From Macrostomum hystrix (Eukaryota > Animalia > Platyhelminthes): a stretch of 64,000 nt of DNA. Each line of letters starts with the position of its first letter. Positions within the stretch are counted from its first letter, which is position 1. Position numbers and translations under genes: made by a program. Location: NCBI GenBank assembly GCA_950097015.1, contig CATNEN010000039.1:14570001-14634000 (forward strand). The letters are read 5' to 3'. The notes beneath the pieces are model-generated. The model made no database searches, had not been told where the DNA came from, and saw nothing but the letters and a program-made list of their open reading frames with translations. Shown here in pieces: positions 25,175-36,700 of the stretch.

Positions 25175-26440
25175 GTCAGAAAGATGATAGTTTAGCTCAG
25201 AAGAAATCGCGCACTTTACGAAGCAATAAAAAGCACATATATACTCGAATAATGTAACATACAGCTTTGTTTAAGCTAATGTAAACACAAAAAAATCGCA
25301 AAGCAATTATGCTGTACTCAAATGGAGCGCAAGTCGTTTTAGTCCGCGAAATATCACTAACTATCATGCTAAGTTTAAATTCGTTCCAATATCATTTAAT
25401 ATTACTATGTTTGTTTCATTGCGCAAAATATTATTTAATATTCAGTATTTGTTATAAAAATGAATCTGAAAACCACAAAAAATAGACGAGTATTCCGAAG
25501 GGAGTAATGCTACTGTAGTATTAACCGCTAACTTAGAAGTTGGCTGAATCAACCCCACTACGGCGTGAGAGTTTAAAATATCCCCGCTGGGGGGGCTAGA
25601 ACAGATCCAGGGAGAGGGGATTCGTCGGCTACTTAATTCACCGCCGCCCCAAACCCGGCCCTAAGATTAATGATCTTGTTTTTGTGGCCAGCTGCTAGGT
25701 GGGTCGCGATTATTAATTGCCTAAAATTCGAAAAATTCTGCTGGCTCACATTCCCACTCGATTCCCGTAGCACACTCCACACCAATATCAACTTATTCGC
25801 CTCTGTTCGTTGGGGAGTTACAGCGAAAAAGCTTTGTTTCTTGAATATTTATTTCAAGTTAATTTTTTAAGCAAAACTCTGCTACTTTGTCCAGACCCTT
25901 TTGTAGTTCTGTTAGATCTTCGCCTATCATATTTTTTTGTTTTCAATACTCAGGGGGGTTCTGTTGTCTCGGCTACTCCAAATGAAACCAGATATTTTCC
26001 ATAAAGCAGTTTTTAGCCGCCAAATTCCTGAGCTGGAAATATTTGCCTCATGCATTATGATTTACAAATTACTAGAAGCAGACAGACTTAAAGAGATGAT
26101 GAAGCATGCAGCGACAGATATACAGACCAAATGAATGACGAGAGTAAAAATGCTTCATCGTTTTTTATTTTCTAAAAGCAAATTAGTTTAAAAAAATTAC
26201 TGGTCGGGTTCCAGTAAAAAACTGCACATAAAGTCGTAAAAATTATATGAAAAATAACAATTTGTTTTGTCATGGTCTCCGACACAGCCCATTAGGTCTA
26301 CATAAAATGAATTTTTTGAAAGGCCTGTCATTGTCAGCTGCCTACTGCCTATCGCAATATATCTGCTCAGCTTCATTATATCCGCCTCAAACTTTTTCCC
26401 TCCTAAGCGGGAAAACATTTTTGCTCAGAGATATGCTACA

Positions 26441-27254
26441 ATGTTGCCGCTACTCTTCTCGCAAGTTGCAACAGTTCTGAGTGTCCTCAGTGGTGCCGCC
26501 TCAATCAACAATGGCTTCATCATCGGCCGGAACGCCAGCTTCCAAGCTCCGTCGGTCACTCAGGAATCGATGGGCGCCAGCTCTGAGCGGCTCTGTGCTT
26601 ATCTGTGCGGCTTCAACTCGACCTGCTACGGATTCTTCTGGCTGCTGAGCCACTGCCACCTGATCAGTGCTCAGGCCTTCTACTCAAGCAACTGGACCAG
26701 CAGGACTGCGATGTGCACCATCTTCATCCGACCACCTAATGGTGAATGAATTGAATTGTTAGTTTAGATCTCAAGGTAGAAATTGATGTGAGTTTTCAAA
26801 TCGAACTTATGACGCACTCACGTCACGTCACTCTCCCACAGCGAATCAGAAGCTTCCGTTTGCCAGCTGTGCCCAGAGTTCCATCGCTTATGGAAGCCCT
26901 TGCGAAAAAGCGATGGACGGAAAAATAAACCAAAATTTCCACAGTGGTTCCTGCAGCCATACTGACGACACCACCCTAAACAACGAATGGTGGGAGGGCC
27001 ATCTTTCCGCCGCTGCGGTCATCTCCCACGTCACCATCTACAACAGAAACGACTGCTGCCCTTGGAAACTTGGTAACTTCGTTCTGCTGCTGGACGAATT
27101 ACGATGCAATGAGTACAACGACACCGTTTCTACATTTCTTGTCGGAAACTTCACCTGCACTGGCTTTGGGAGCAGGATTAAAGTCTTCAGCCGACTGACA
27201 ACGATTTCATTTGTATTGTGCGAGATGGAGGCTTACGGATATTCATTTCCTTGA
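26441..27254 (+). CDS. Secreted PAN/Apple + F-type lectin (fucolectin/FTP) domain protein, 237 aa
   Basis: Exons 26441-26741 and 26842-27254 (phase 1). AQSS..KAMDG..SCSHT..WW..VTIYNRNDCCPWK..LCEMEAYG; fucose-binding motif H-x28-R-x-D-x4-K. Confidence 0.88.
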
Positions 27255-27881
27255 GTTCGGCTCGAGGTTCAACAGGGAAATCGTCGTGAAAGTGAAGTTT
27301 TTTGTGTCAAATTTCGGAGCACTTTCTTCTTTTACTGTAAAATTTACAGTTTCCACTGATTATTGTTAACAAAGTGATGATTTCTGCACAGATATTCTCG
27401 AATCAATGTACTATAATTTTTTTTCGAATAATTTTGTGTTTTTATCCTGCAGCAAAACAAAAAATCGTAATTTTTCTTCGAGCGAACTTTCTGAAGTTTT
27501 TTAACGGAAGAAAAAAGACAGTTACACTTTTTTAGGAAACAAAAAATATTTAGCCCACCTTAACAGTCGAACTACCTAAAGGGGGAATCCCCTCTAACAA
27601 TTTTTTTTGCGCACGCTTAAAAATTTGCAGATTTTTTTGCAAATATGACAATAGTAGCAATTGAAAGGTTAAAAATGAACTTTGGATGGATCGAATTGTA
27701 TCATCTTGGTAATGCATATTCGGTAGGAAAATGGTATGCGAAAGAAAGTTTTCTATTTACGAGTAGTTTGCTAGCTTTCCTGTTACCTGTGTATTTTCTT
27801 GCACCATTAAAAAAGGCTTTTGTCCTCTGCTGTGAGACTTGAAAGGAAAATAAAGTTTTTGTCACAGCCTCCAGCACAGCC
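27196..27881 (+). repeat. Right arm of the inverted duplication (partner 21871-22554)
   Basis: See the left arm. Confidence 0.95.
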
Positions 27882-28458
27882 CCCTAGTTCTGCATAGAAT
27901 GAATTTTTTGGAGGCCTGTCTGCTTCCTACTGCCCAACGAAATTTTCCCTGACCGCCTTATAAGGATCCCAGTTGCACCGGAATAGAAAATGAACTTCGT
28001 TTCCGACCTGGACTTTGCACTTCGGGTAAATTCTGTTTTCATAAGGTATTTTCAGGCTAACTCCACTTAGGCCAGTCTCTTTGTGCTACACCCGAACGGA
28101 GCATGGCAAGCACACGAAACTCAAGAACACGGGCCAATCATTTGTGACGCATCTTCTGAAACAATAATCAAACCTGCAGCCCTCAATCAATCACTAAATA
28201 TGTCTTTTAGATCCAAGCTAATTAAGTTTCTGTTTTGAGCAAAAATATTCTTTCTTTTGTTCAACGGCTTTTTTGCCTAAAATATTTGGCAAGCTTTTTT
28301 TCGCACACTTATGCTTCTGTTGTTTTTATCGCATATTATGTTTTATTTTGGAAAATTAGGAAATTAGGAAATTAGGAATTAGGAAAATTAAAATTAGGAA
28401 AAAATCAGCACCTAATTAGCGTGCACTCGGAAAATAATAATAATGCATTCCTAAACAA

Positions 28459-28976
28459 GAATTTGCACTGCGCGTCAGGCCTGCCTTGCCACAGGCAAGC
28501 AAGCTTTATCAGCACGTCACCCGAATGTGCCTGCATCATATCCGACTTCGGTGGTCACCGACCTTTATCTGGACGGAGCTGCTGGGCCTACAGAAAGTAA
28601 TAGTTGAGTTTAGGCCAATATTGAGGCTTGATCAGCGAAAGTAGAAAATTTAGCTTTAGAAGCTCTATAGCCAGCTGGAGGCACCCGGTGCTGGCGGTGC
28701 TGACGGCGTCGGGGTAGTGACTGATTGGTTGACAGACTAGGCGAGGGTGCTGTGGTTTAGCTTCGTCCCATATTGAGGCTTGATCAATGAAACAGGAGCA
28801 ATTGGCATTGGGCCGTCCATATTCTGCTGGTGCCACTTGTTGAAGGCCCAGCAGTTACGTCTAGAAAAAGATCGGTGACCAACGAAGTCGGAGATGATGC
28901 AGGCACATTCGGGTGACATAAGCACTGATAAGGTTTGAAGGCCTGGCAAGGCCGCACTGACGCGCACTGCAAATTC
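28459..28976. mobile_element. Foldback/MITE-like element with ~130-bp imperfect inverted arms
   Basis: GAATTTGCACTGCGCGTCAG..GTCACCCGAATGTGCCTGCATCAT..CTGCTGGGCCT (28459-28589) is inverted at 28844-28976; a related fragment lies at about 18020-18070. Confidence 0.7.
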
Positions 28977-29589
28977 GCGTATCGAAATACACTAGCTCTT
29001 ATGGGAAAAGTCAGACCTTCGGCAAGAACCGTTGAATATCTCGCCGGTCTGAAGGGCTGGCGACTTGATTCTTATTTCAGAAGATGCACAAAAAAGTTGG
29101 CCGTGTTCTTGGCTTTCGAGTGCTTGCGTCTTGTGCAGCACAAATAATTGCCTGGGTGGAATTCCCTCCTTGGTACACAAGCGGCCGGCAAAGTGGCTTG
29201 TTAGTTCTGCTGTTATGGAGAACTTGTTTCTACTGCATAAATAATTAAGGGGCTCTCCCATTCCCGACAAGCTATTTAGCATGGTGTAGCACCACTACGT
29301 GTACACTTGGTACTTCCTCTCTTTCTACCCCATGTTAAAGCTTTTTAACAAACATGATCAATGCATAACTTTGAAAGCGCTAGACCCGAGGACAAAGCAA
29401 TCTACTTAATAGTGCACGACAATAGAGGGTATGAAAAACCTGCTCTATTTGTAAATGCTTCCATAATGAGCCATAAATGCCACGTACTACTATGGAAGTA
29501 GTTCGCCTGTAATTTATATTATTGGATTTCTTTACTGTTACTTACATTTATTTATTTGATGAGCAGTACTGACGCCTGACTTCAAGACT

Positions 29590-30240
29590 TCAGCTGTGGA
29601 AAGGAACGGAGCTGGACGCGAGCAACGGTGGTTGGCATTGAAGGCAGCAACTTGGTACCAGTGCAACCTGCCGGACAACAGAACGGTTCGGCGCCATGCA
29701 AACCAGATGCGGTGCGATACGAATCAGCGCAATGTGGACCAACAGCCTCGGGGGCTGGTCCGTCAGCCGCTGCAACTGCCGCCGCCCCTACCGCTAGCTG
29801 CCACCACCGCCGCCGTCGATGCCGACAACGCCGCCGCCGCCGACAACGCCACCGCCGCCACCGCCATCACCACATCAGCCACCCCCGACGCCGACGCCTC
29901 CAACACTGGCACCGCAGCAGCAGCAGCGGGATCAATCTCCGCAGCACGTGCCTCGAAGATCGTCCAGGATCCGCAAGAGCCCAGATCGTCTGAACTATGG
30001 TGGGAGAAGTGTTTTGTAGTGACTTGCAGCTGTCTGTTTAACTGGCTGACTATCATTTCATTGTACGCGCTATTTTATTACCTCTAATCCTTGCACCCAA
30101 CGTGCCGTCGCCTAAAATATATATATATCGGCTGTTCTCAGGAGCGTGGAGCTCTGACTGTTTTCGTTGCTCTCGTGCACTATAAATATCACCAGTCTAG
30201 AGTTATTTTCGTGAAACGGTTTTTGCTTGTAGTCGTCTCA
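29590..30240 (+). mobile_element. Ty3/Gypsy LTR retrotransposon 3' end (integrase tail, polypurine tract, LTR)
   Basis: LPDNRTVRRHANQMR, Pro-rich linker, RRSSRIRKSPDRL; purine tract GGTGGGAGAAG directly followed by TG at 30010; TATA-like and TATAAA motifs; ends in CA at about 30240. Confidence 0.65.
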
Positions 30241-31152
30241 GCAGAAAATATCTGCGCTGTGTCCAGCATGATTGACGCTGACCGGCGAGTGACCTACCAG
30301 CAGATCCAGCAGGAGATGGGCATTGGATCGGGGAGTGTGCACACCATTCTGCACGAACACCTCGGAGTGCGGAAGCTGGCTTCCCGGTGGATCCCCCATC
30401 AGCTGTCGGACGAGCAGAGGGACACCCGGGTGGCTTGGTGCCGATTTATGCTGCAGAAATTCGAATCTGGGACCAGCCGGCGTATCTGGGACATCCTCAC
30501 AGGAGATGAGACCTGGATTTATCAATACGACCCCGAAAACAAGCGCCAGTCATCCATGTGGACCTTCAGAGACGAGGACAGCCCAACCAACTTTCGACGC
30601 AACCGGAGTGTCGGTAAGCAGATGGTGGCCTGCTTCTTCATGCGCACTGGACATGTGGCTTCCGTTTCACTGGAAGATCGCCGGACAGTCACCGCTGACT
30701 GGTACACAACGGTTTGCCTGCCCAAAGTTTTTTCTGCTGTGAGCCAGAGGCGCCCAAGGTGCGGAATGCGTGGGGTGCTTCTGCACCACGACAATGCCAG
30801 TGCGCACACGGCAGCTCAAACTCTCGAGTTTCTGGCCGACTGTGGTGTCCAGCTGATGACTCACCCTGCGTACAGTCCAGACCTGGCACCGTGCGACTTT
30901 TTTTATTCCCGAAGTGCAAGGAGATATTAAAGGGCAAGATTTTTTCTTCGCCGGAAGAAGCTGTGAATGAGTTCAAAGACGTCATCGGGGAGCTCCGGGA
31001 TGAGGATTGGCGGCAGTGCTTCGACAGCTGGTTCCACAGGATGCAAGCCTGTATCAATGCGGGGGGAGAGTACTTTGAGCAGTTGTAATGGTTTTTTAGT
31101 TCATATGTTGCTGTTTTCTTGTTCAGGCTAAAGACTTTCTGAGTGACCCTCG
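30241..31152 (+). mobile_element. 5'-truncated mariner (DD34D) transposase with the right-hand TIR
   Basis: WIPHQL, TGDETW, HHDNA-x-YSPDLAPCD (D-34-D); one frameshift in a T-run at about 30905; stop at 31088; right end ...CTTTCTGAGTGACCCTCG|TA; left TIR and first HTH are absent. Confidence 0.9.
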
Positions 31153-31889
31153 TACATGTAATGTCGCTGTAGGCAGGTCGGCGCCTGCGCTTCCCATTGT
31201 CCTGGCGGAGTAACAATTATTGGCCGACTGCCGGCGGCTGCTCGTAAAGGAGCATCTGTCGTTTCTCGCCCCGGTTCATTGGGTAATCGGGGCGGCCATC
31301 GCCGCTTCGATTCCTCGCTGACAGGCTGGCGCGAATGTGGGTTATTTTGATGAATGTCGAGGTTGGCGTGCTGCAGGACTATTTAAGGAAGCGCGCTGCG
31401 CTGCCCCCAGTCAACCTTCTTGCGGACCCTCCCCTTCAGAATTGTCTTTAAGCAAGTTGTAGGCATAGACGCTCTCAATGAAATCCTTTCATCTAAAACA
31501 CAAGCACAAATATTGGTTGTCAAGTATTGACATCTTGGCAGTATCACTTGTAAAAAAATATTAATCATTCAAGCTAGATTTAGTTCAATGACTGCTATCA
31601 AATATCTTTAGAAGACATGTTTTCGCGCATACTTTGAGCTTCATTTTATAATTTTAAGTCTCGACGTTCACAAACGAGACAAAAGTACGAAAAGTGCAGA
31701 CAGCATCGATAACTACTGAAATTGATTGCTTTTTAAGACAGTGCAGCGGTCAGACTAGATCAAGACGCTAAAAAGGCACTGAAAGAATCAGTCTTATCTA
31801 AGCACGTGACAGACCTAAGCCGATAAACTTATCTAAGTGGTTCTGTGTACGTCACTAAAATCCTTATAAGAAATAGATGGGTCAGATGA

Positions 31890-32945
31890 TCTGCTAATTG
31901 GTCAGGTTAGGAAAGCAGCTGATTGGTTAGATCGGGGAATCTGCGGATTGTTTAGGTTAGGAAAGCAGCTGATTGGTTAGATCGGGGAATCTGCGGATTG
32001 GTCAGGTTAGGAAAGCAGCTGATTGGTTAGAATGGGGAATCTGCGGATTGGTCAGGTTAGGAAAGCAGCTGATTGGTTAGATCGGGGAATCTGCGGATTG
32101 GTCAGGTTAGGAAAGCAGCTGATTGGTTAGATCGGGGAATCTGCGGATTGGTCAGGTTAGGAAAGCAGCTGATTGGTTAGAATGGGGAATCTGCGGATTC
32201 GTCAGGTTAGGAAAGCAGCTGATTGGTTAGATCGGGGAATCTGCGGATTGGTCAGGTTAGGAAAGCAGCTGATTGGTTAGATCGGGGAATCTGCGGATTG
32301 GTCAGGTTAGGAAAGCAGCTGATTGGTTAGAATGGGGAATCTGCGGATTCGTCAGGTTAGGAAAGCAGCTGATTGGTTAGATCGGGGATCGAATCTGCGG
32401 ATTGGTCAGGTTAGGAAAGCAGCTGATTGGTTAGATCGGGGAATCTGCGGATTGGTCAGGTTAGGAAAGCAGCTGATTGGTTAGATCGGGGAATCTGCTG
32501 ATTGGTCAGGTTAGGAAAGCAGCTGATTGGTTAGATCGGGGAATCTGCGGATTGGTCAGGTTAGGAAAGCAGCTGATTGGTTAGAATGGGGAATCTGCGG
32601 ATTCGTCAGGTTAGGAAAGCAGCTGATTGGTTAGATCGGGGAATCTGCGGATTGGTCAGGTTAGGAAAGCAGCTGATTGGTTAGATCGGGGAATCTGCGG
32701 ATTGGTCAGGTTAGGAAAGCAGCTGATTGGTTAGAATGGGGAATCTGCGGATTGGTCAGGTTAGGAAAGCAGCTGATTGGTTAGATCGGGGATCGAATCT
32801 GCGGATTGGTCAGGTTAGGAAAGCAGCTGATTGGTTAGATCGGGGAATCTGCGGATTGGTCAGGTTAGGAAAGCAGCTGATTGGTTAGATCGGGGAATCT
32901 GCTGATTGGTCAGGTTAGGAAAGCAGCTCATTGGTTAGATTTGGA
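31890..32945. repeat. 50-bp minisatellite carrying two ATTGG (CCAAT) boxes per unit
   Basis: (GATTGGTCAGGTTAGGAAAGCAGCTGATTGGTTAGATCGGGGAATCTGCG)n, about 21 units. Confidence 0.96.
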
Positions 32946-33772
32946 ATCAGTTGATAGTCAGCGAAAAAATAAGCGAAAAAGCCTCAAAACGAAATTCAAT
33001 AATAAATTTCCACATTAGATATATAGTTAAAAAGCTGCGGCCTTTTTCGGGAAACAGCAATCTGGCCAACAGTGGGGTACAAAACTGTAACAAAAACTGG
33101 CTTTTGTCCATCTGATTCATACTCTGAGCTAAAGTGTATTTTTTTAATGTGTAGCAAACAGTTATTCAGTTTTAATTCGCTTTTCTTTTCTTACTTCCAC
33201 ATTGCAGCTAGTACTTTAGATTCTAATTTTCTGCTTGCGAAAAAAAACAAAACAAGAGTGCCTACGAAAGTACAGCTACAAAGCAATATTAAATAGTAAA
33301 GGAAAGCTTTCAAGCGAAAGTTAAGTTTATAATTAGTTTGCTGCGCATTTTATTGAGGAAAATAATATAAGTAGTATTTAATTAACCTATTGTGGACTGC
33401 TCACAATGAAGAAATTCAATCCGTGTACTTTTTCGTTAATCATACGCCGAGAGAAATAGCAAAAACTTTCTGAATATGTGTGAGAAACTGGAGTGGGTAG
33501 GGACTTAAGAAGCGATAAGTGTGCACTGCATGTTGAAGAACAGTTTAGTCACAGGAACGCATTTAGGGCTGAGTAGTATTGTGTTTGCTTTAGAAAACAA
33601 GAGAAATTTTTGTAAAATAAGCTAGTCAATAGCAAGCCGGCGGTCAGGGCAGAACTACAGCCAGGCTACGGCGGCAGTGAGTTATGTAATAATATTAAAC
33701 TAATAAATTTTGTTTCAGTTAGGCTCAGGAAAAACGGCCGTAGATGGCGCGGGTGACACCTCTGTTTGACAG

Positions 33773-36700
33773 CTAATTCCTGACGCACTGGATCTGAAAT
33801 TTTATGCATTTTTTTTATTTTAAAAGAGCATGGCAATTGTTGTGAAGCGATATGATCTGCTAGCGAGTCAAATTAAAATGTTTGCACAATGAACAACAAC
33901 AAAAATACAACTAAAACAACCCCAATATTTCCATAATAAACACTTGAACTATTGAACTTCAAAAAAGCAACGGAAAAAATATAACAGAACTAAGTCGCAT
34001 TAAGCTCATACCAAATCAGCAAATACAATGTAGCCTCATCGCTAATTTATTCAGTTCATTTGCTCTTCTTCGGAAGCATTTCTCTTTGGAGCTTCGTTCG
34101 TTACTACTACCTTTATAGCGCAAGGATTGATTTGGTTATGAGGTTTGCAGGAATCATAAAGTTAAATCAACTTCAGTATCAATCAACTTCTTTGCTGCAC
34201 TGTATTAAAAAAGTAATAATATAGGCACAGGGGGCACTGATGCTAAATATATTTAACATTTAACGTAATGCATAGTGGATAGTCGATTCGAAGCCTGCAA
34301 GGAGGCGATAACGCTAGTACCTAGGGGGTGATTGGCAGAGCGGTCTAACGCTTCTCGTAAACCCCCCCTTGACCCTGAGGCACAGTGAGAGAGTACACTG
34401 CCTGACGATGAAAAGTCAGGGCAGAAGTACACACCTGTGTGAGCGTACGCCTGCGTACAGTATCTGTGAGGGTGCGTGTGTGCTCAGAAATCAGCTAAAT
34501 GGGCAGAATTGCCTCCTCGCTGGCTGCAGGTATTAATGTCACTAAATGAGTTGCCATTACCTGCAGCCCTACTACAATTATTATGATTATTAGAGTACGG
34601 GTTATTGACTTTTAACGGGGCTGGTCAGGCAAATATAATGTGCGTCACTTACCACATCGTCAATCTTGAGAATGCAGCGGACAGTCTCGGCGGCCAAGCT
34701 GACGGCGCTGCTGCTAACAAGCAGAGGCTGCAGGACATTCTCATCCAGGATGTTGCCGATGGCGCCCTTGCGCACATTGATACCGGCAGACTTCTCGCCG
34801 TTGGCGTGACGATTGCGCAACTCGGTGACAGTCTGGATGGGATTAAGACCGGCATTCTCGGCCAGGGTGTATGGGATAATTTCCAGGCTCTGGGCGAAGG
34901 CGCGCACGCAGTACTGTTCAATGCCAGCTAGAGTGTTGCTGTAGGCAGTCAGCTGTTGGGACAGTTCAATCTCCGGGGCGCCGCCACCAGGGATCAGACG
35001 CCTTAGATGGTGAGAAATAGAAGTGAGGGTGTTAAGGTAAACAATTGATATCTATCTCTCGATACAGTAGTATGTGCTTACTATTTTAATTTTCTACTTC
35101 AGAGTTTAATAATCTGTTTTCAATAGATTTCAAAACAGGTCTGTATATTCATCATTTAGAGCGGAAATATTATGGTAGATTACATTTATAATCAAATCAA
35201 TAAGCTTGTAATTGCGCAAAAGGTCAGATGAGAATAAATTCCGTTTTCAGTGAATAGAATCAAAACAGGTCTGTATTGATCATCACACTGACGCAATTAG
35301 TTTTTAATATATATACTAAAAAACCTGGCATGACACTTGACACATATTAATAAATGAAAGATCAGCAGCTTACTTCTTTTTAACTAGGCAGCGGATAACA
35401 CAAAGGGCGTCGTGAATTGAGCGTTCGGCTTCGTCTAGCACCAGCTTATTGGAGCCGCGCACTAGTACAGACACGGTCTTGCCCTGATTCTGGATGCCTG
35501 TGATCTGAGTTGGACAATGCAGTGTAGGTGACGCAATCATAATGAATTCTATCAACAATATATTCGTATTTAGTTTCTGTTATAACTTCATTATTTAGTC
35601 AGTGCAAGGATGAAAATCTGTTTCATAGATAGCGTCAAAACAGGTCTGTATTTGTCATCATTTCAACATTTTAATTAAATTTTTTCCTGAAAATTAAAAA
35701 AAACATGAATTTTGGATAAGTCTGACAAGAGGATATGCTGGTGGGTCAGAGGATTTGCTGATGGGTCAGAGGAAATGCTGATCGTTAGATTAAATGGGTC
35801 ATGGGATCTGCTTATTAGCCTCGTAAGACTTGTGGGCTCACCAGAATGAGACAAATGATTTAAAATGTAATCGAATGACACAACGATTAGCTTAATCGGA
35901 TCCAGATAAGTCGGACACATGAGAGCTCACCTTCGTGACCTTAGACGATCCAGTCTGCACCTCCTCGACAAGTTCGGCAGTGCCCAGCATTTCGGCCGTG
36001 AAATGATCCAGGGAGGCAATGGGCCGACAGTTCAGGGTTTTGCAGATAAATTCAACCTCGTCGCGTTCGATGTCCCTGACAACGAGAATCTTCATCTTAG
36101 CCAGAAAGTGCAGCGCCAGATCGTTAACAGCGTCGCGAAGGATGCTCTTCTGAATTAGCAGAACATTGCAGCCGGCCTTCTTAATCTCCTTGACGATGTT
36201 AAGGATGTACATTCGCTCCTCCTTGAGCACACGGTCCATCTGGGTGTAGTCATTCAGCACAACCGTGTTCTCCATGTCGGTTTTAGGCGGCGAGATGCAG
36301 AACTGGATCAGGCCGATGCGGGCCTTCTCCATGCGGTGGACGCCACCGCTAGATGAGCAGGTCTTGTGGTCTAGCAGCAGGCCAGAAATCATCTCCGTAT
36401 CTTCAACAGTGCCGCCAAGTTTTTTAACCAAGCGAATATCGCTTAGGCTGACATTGTCGGGCCCGTTACAGACTGACATAACAGCATTTACAGCAATGGG
36501 CGACAGGACGCTAGAGTATTGTGACACAACCTTGGAGTTCAGGGAAGTTGACGCAATCTTCATCAGCATCTGCCGGTCTGTCATATCCACCTGACGATGA
36601 TTATATGAATTAAATAGGCATAAATGTGTGAACAGAACAACATAAAATATCAAGCAGAATTTGAACAATCTAGTTAAGCCAGGTTTTCTTACGGGCGTGG

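Noticed and set aside
21871-27881. Pack-type transposon with long TIRs capturing two lectin genes
   Set aside because: The arms contain the lectin gene's own 3' end and a LINE tail, fade out at the outer edges, and show no target-site duplication.
34395-34430. Minimal hammerhead motif CUGACGA-U-GAAA-(A)GUC in SINE A
   Set aside because: Stem I does not close at the cleavage site, stem III is absent, and CUGA is mutated in other copies; the CUGAC/GUCAG hairpin is the simpler reading.
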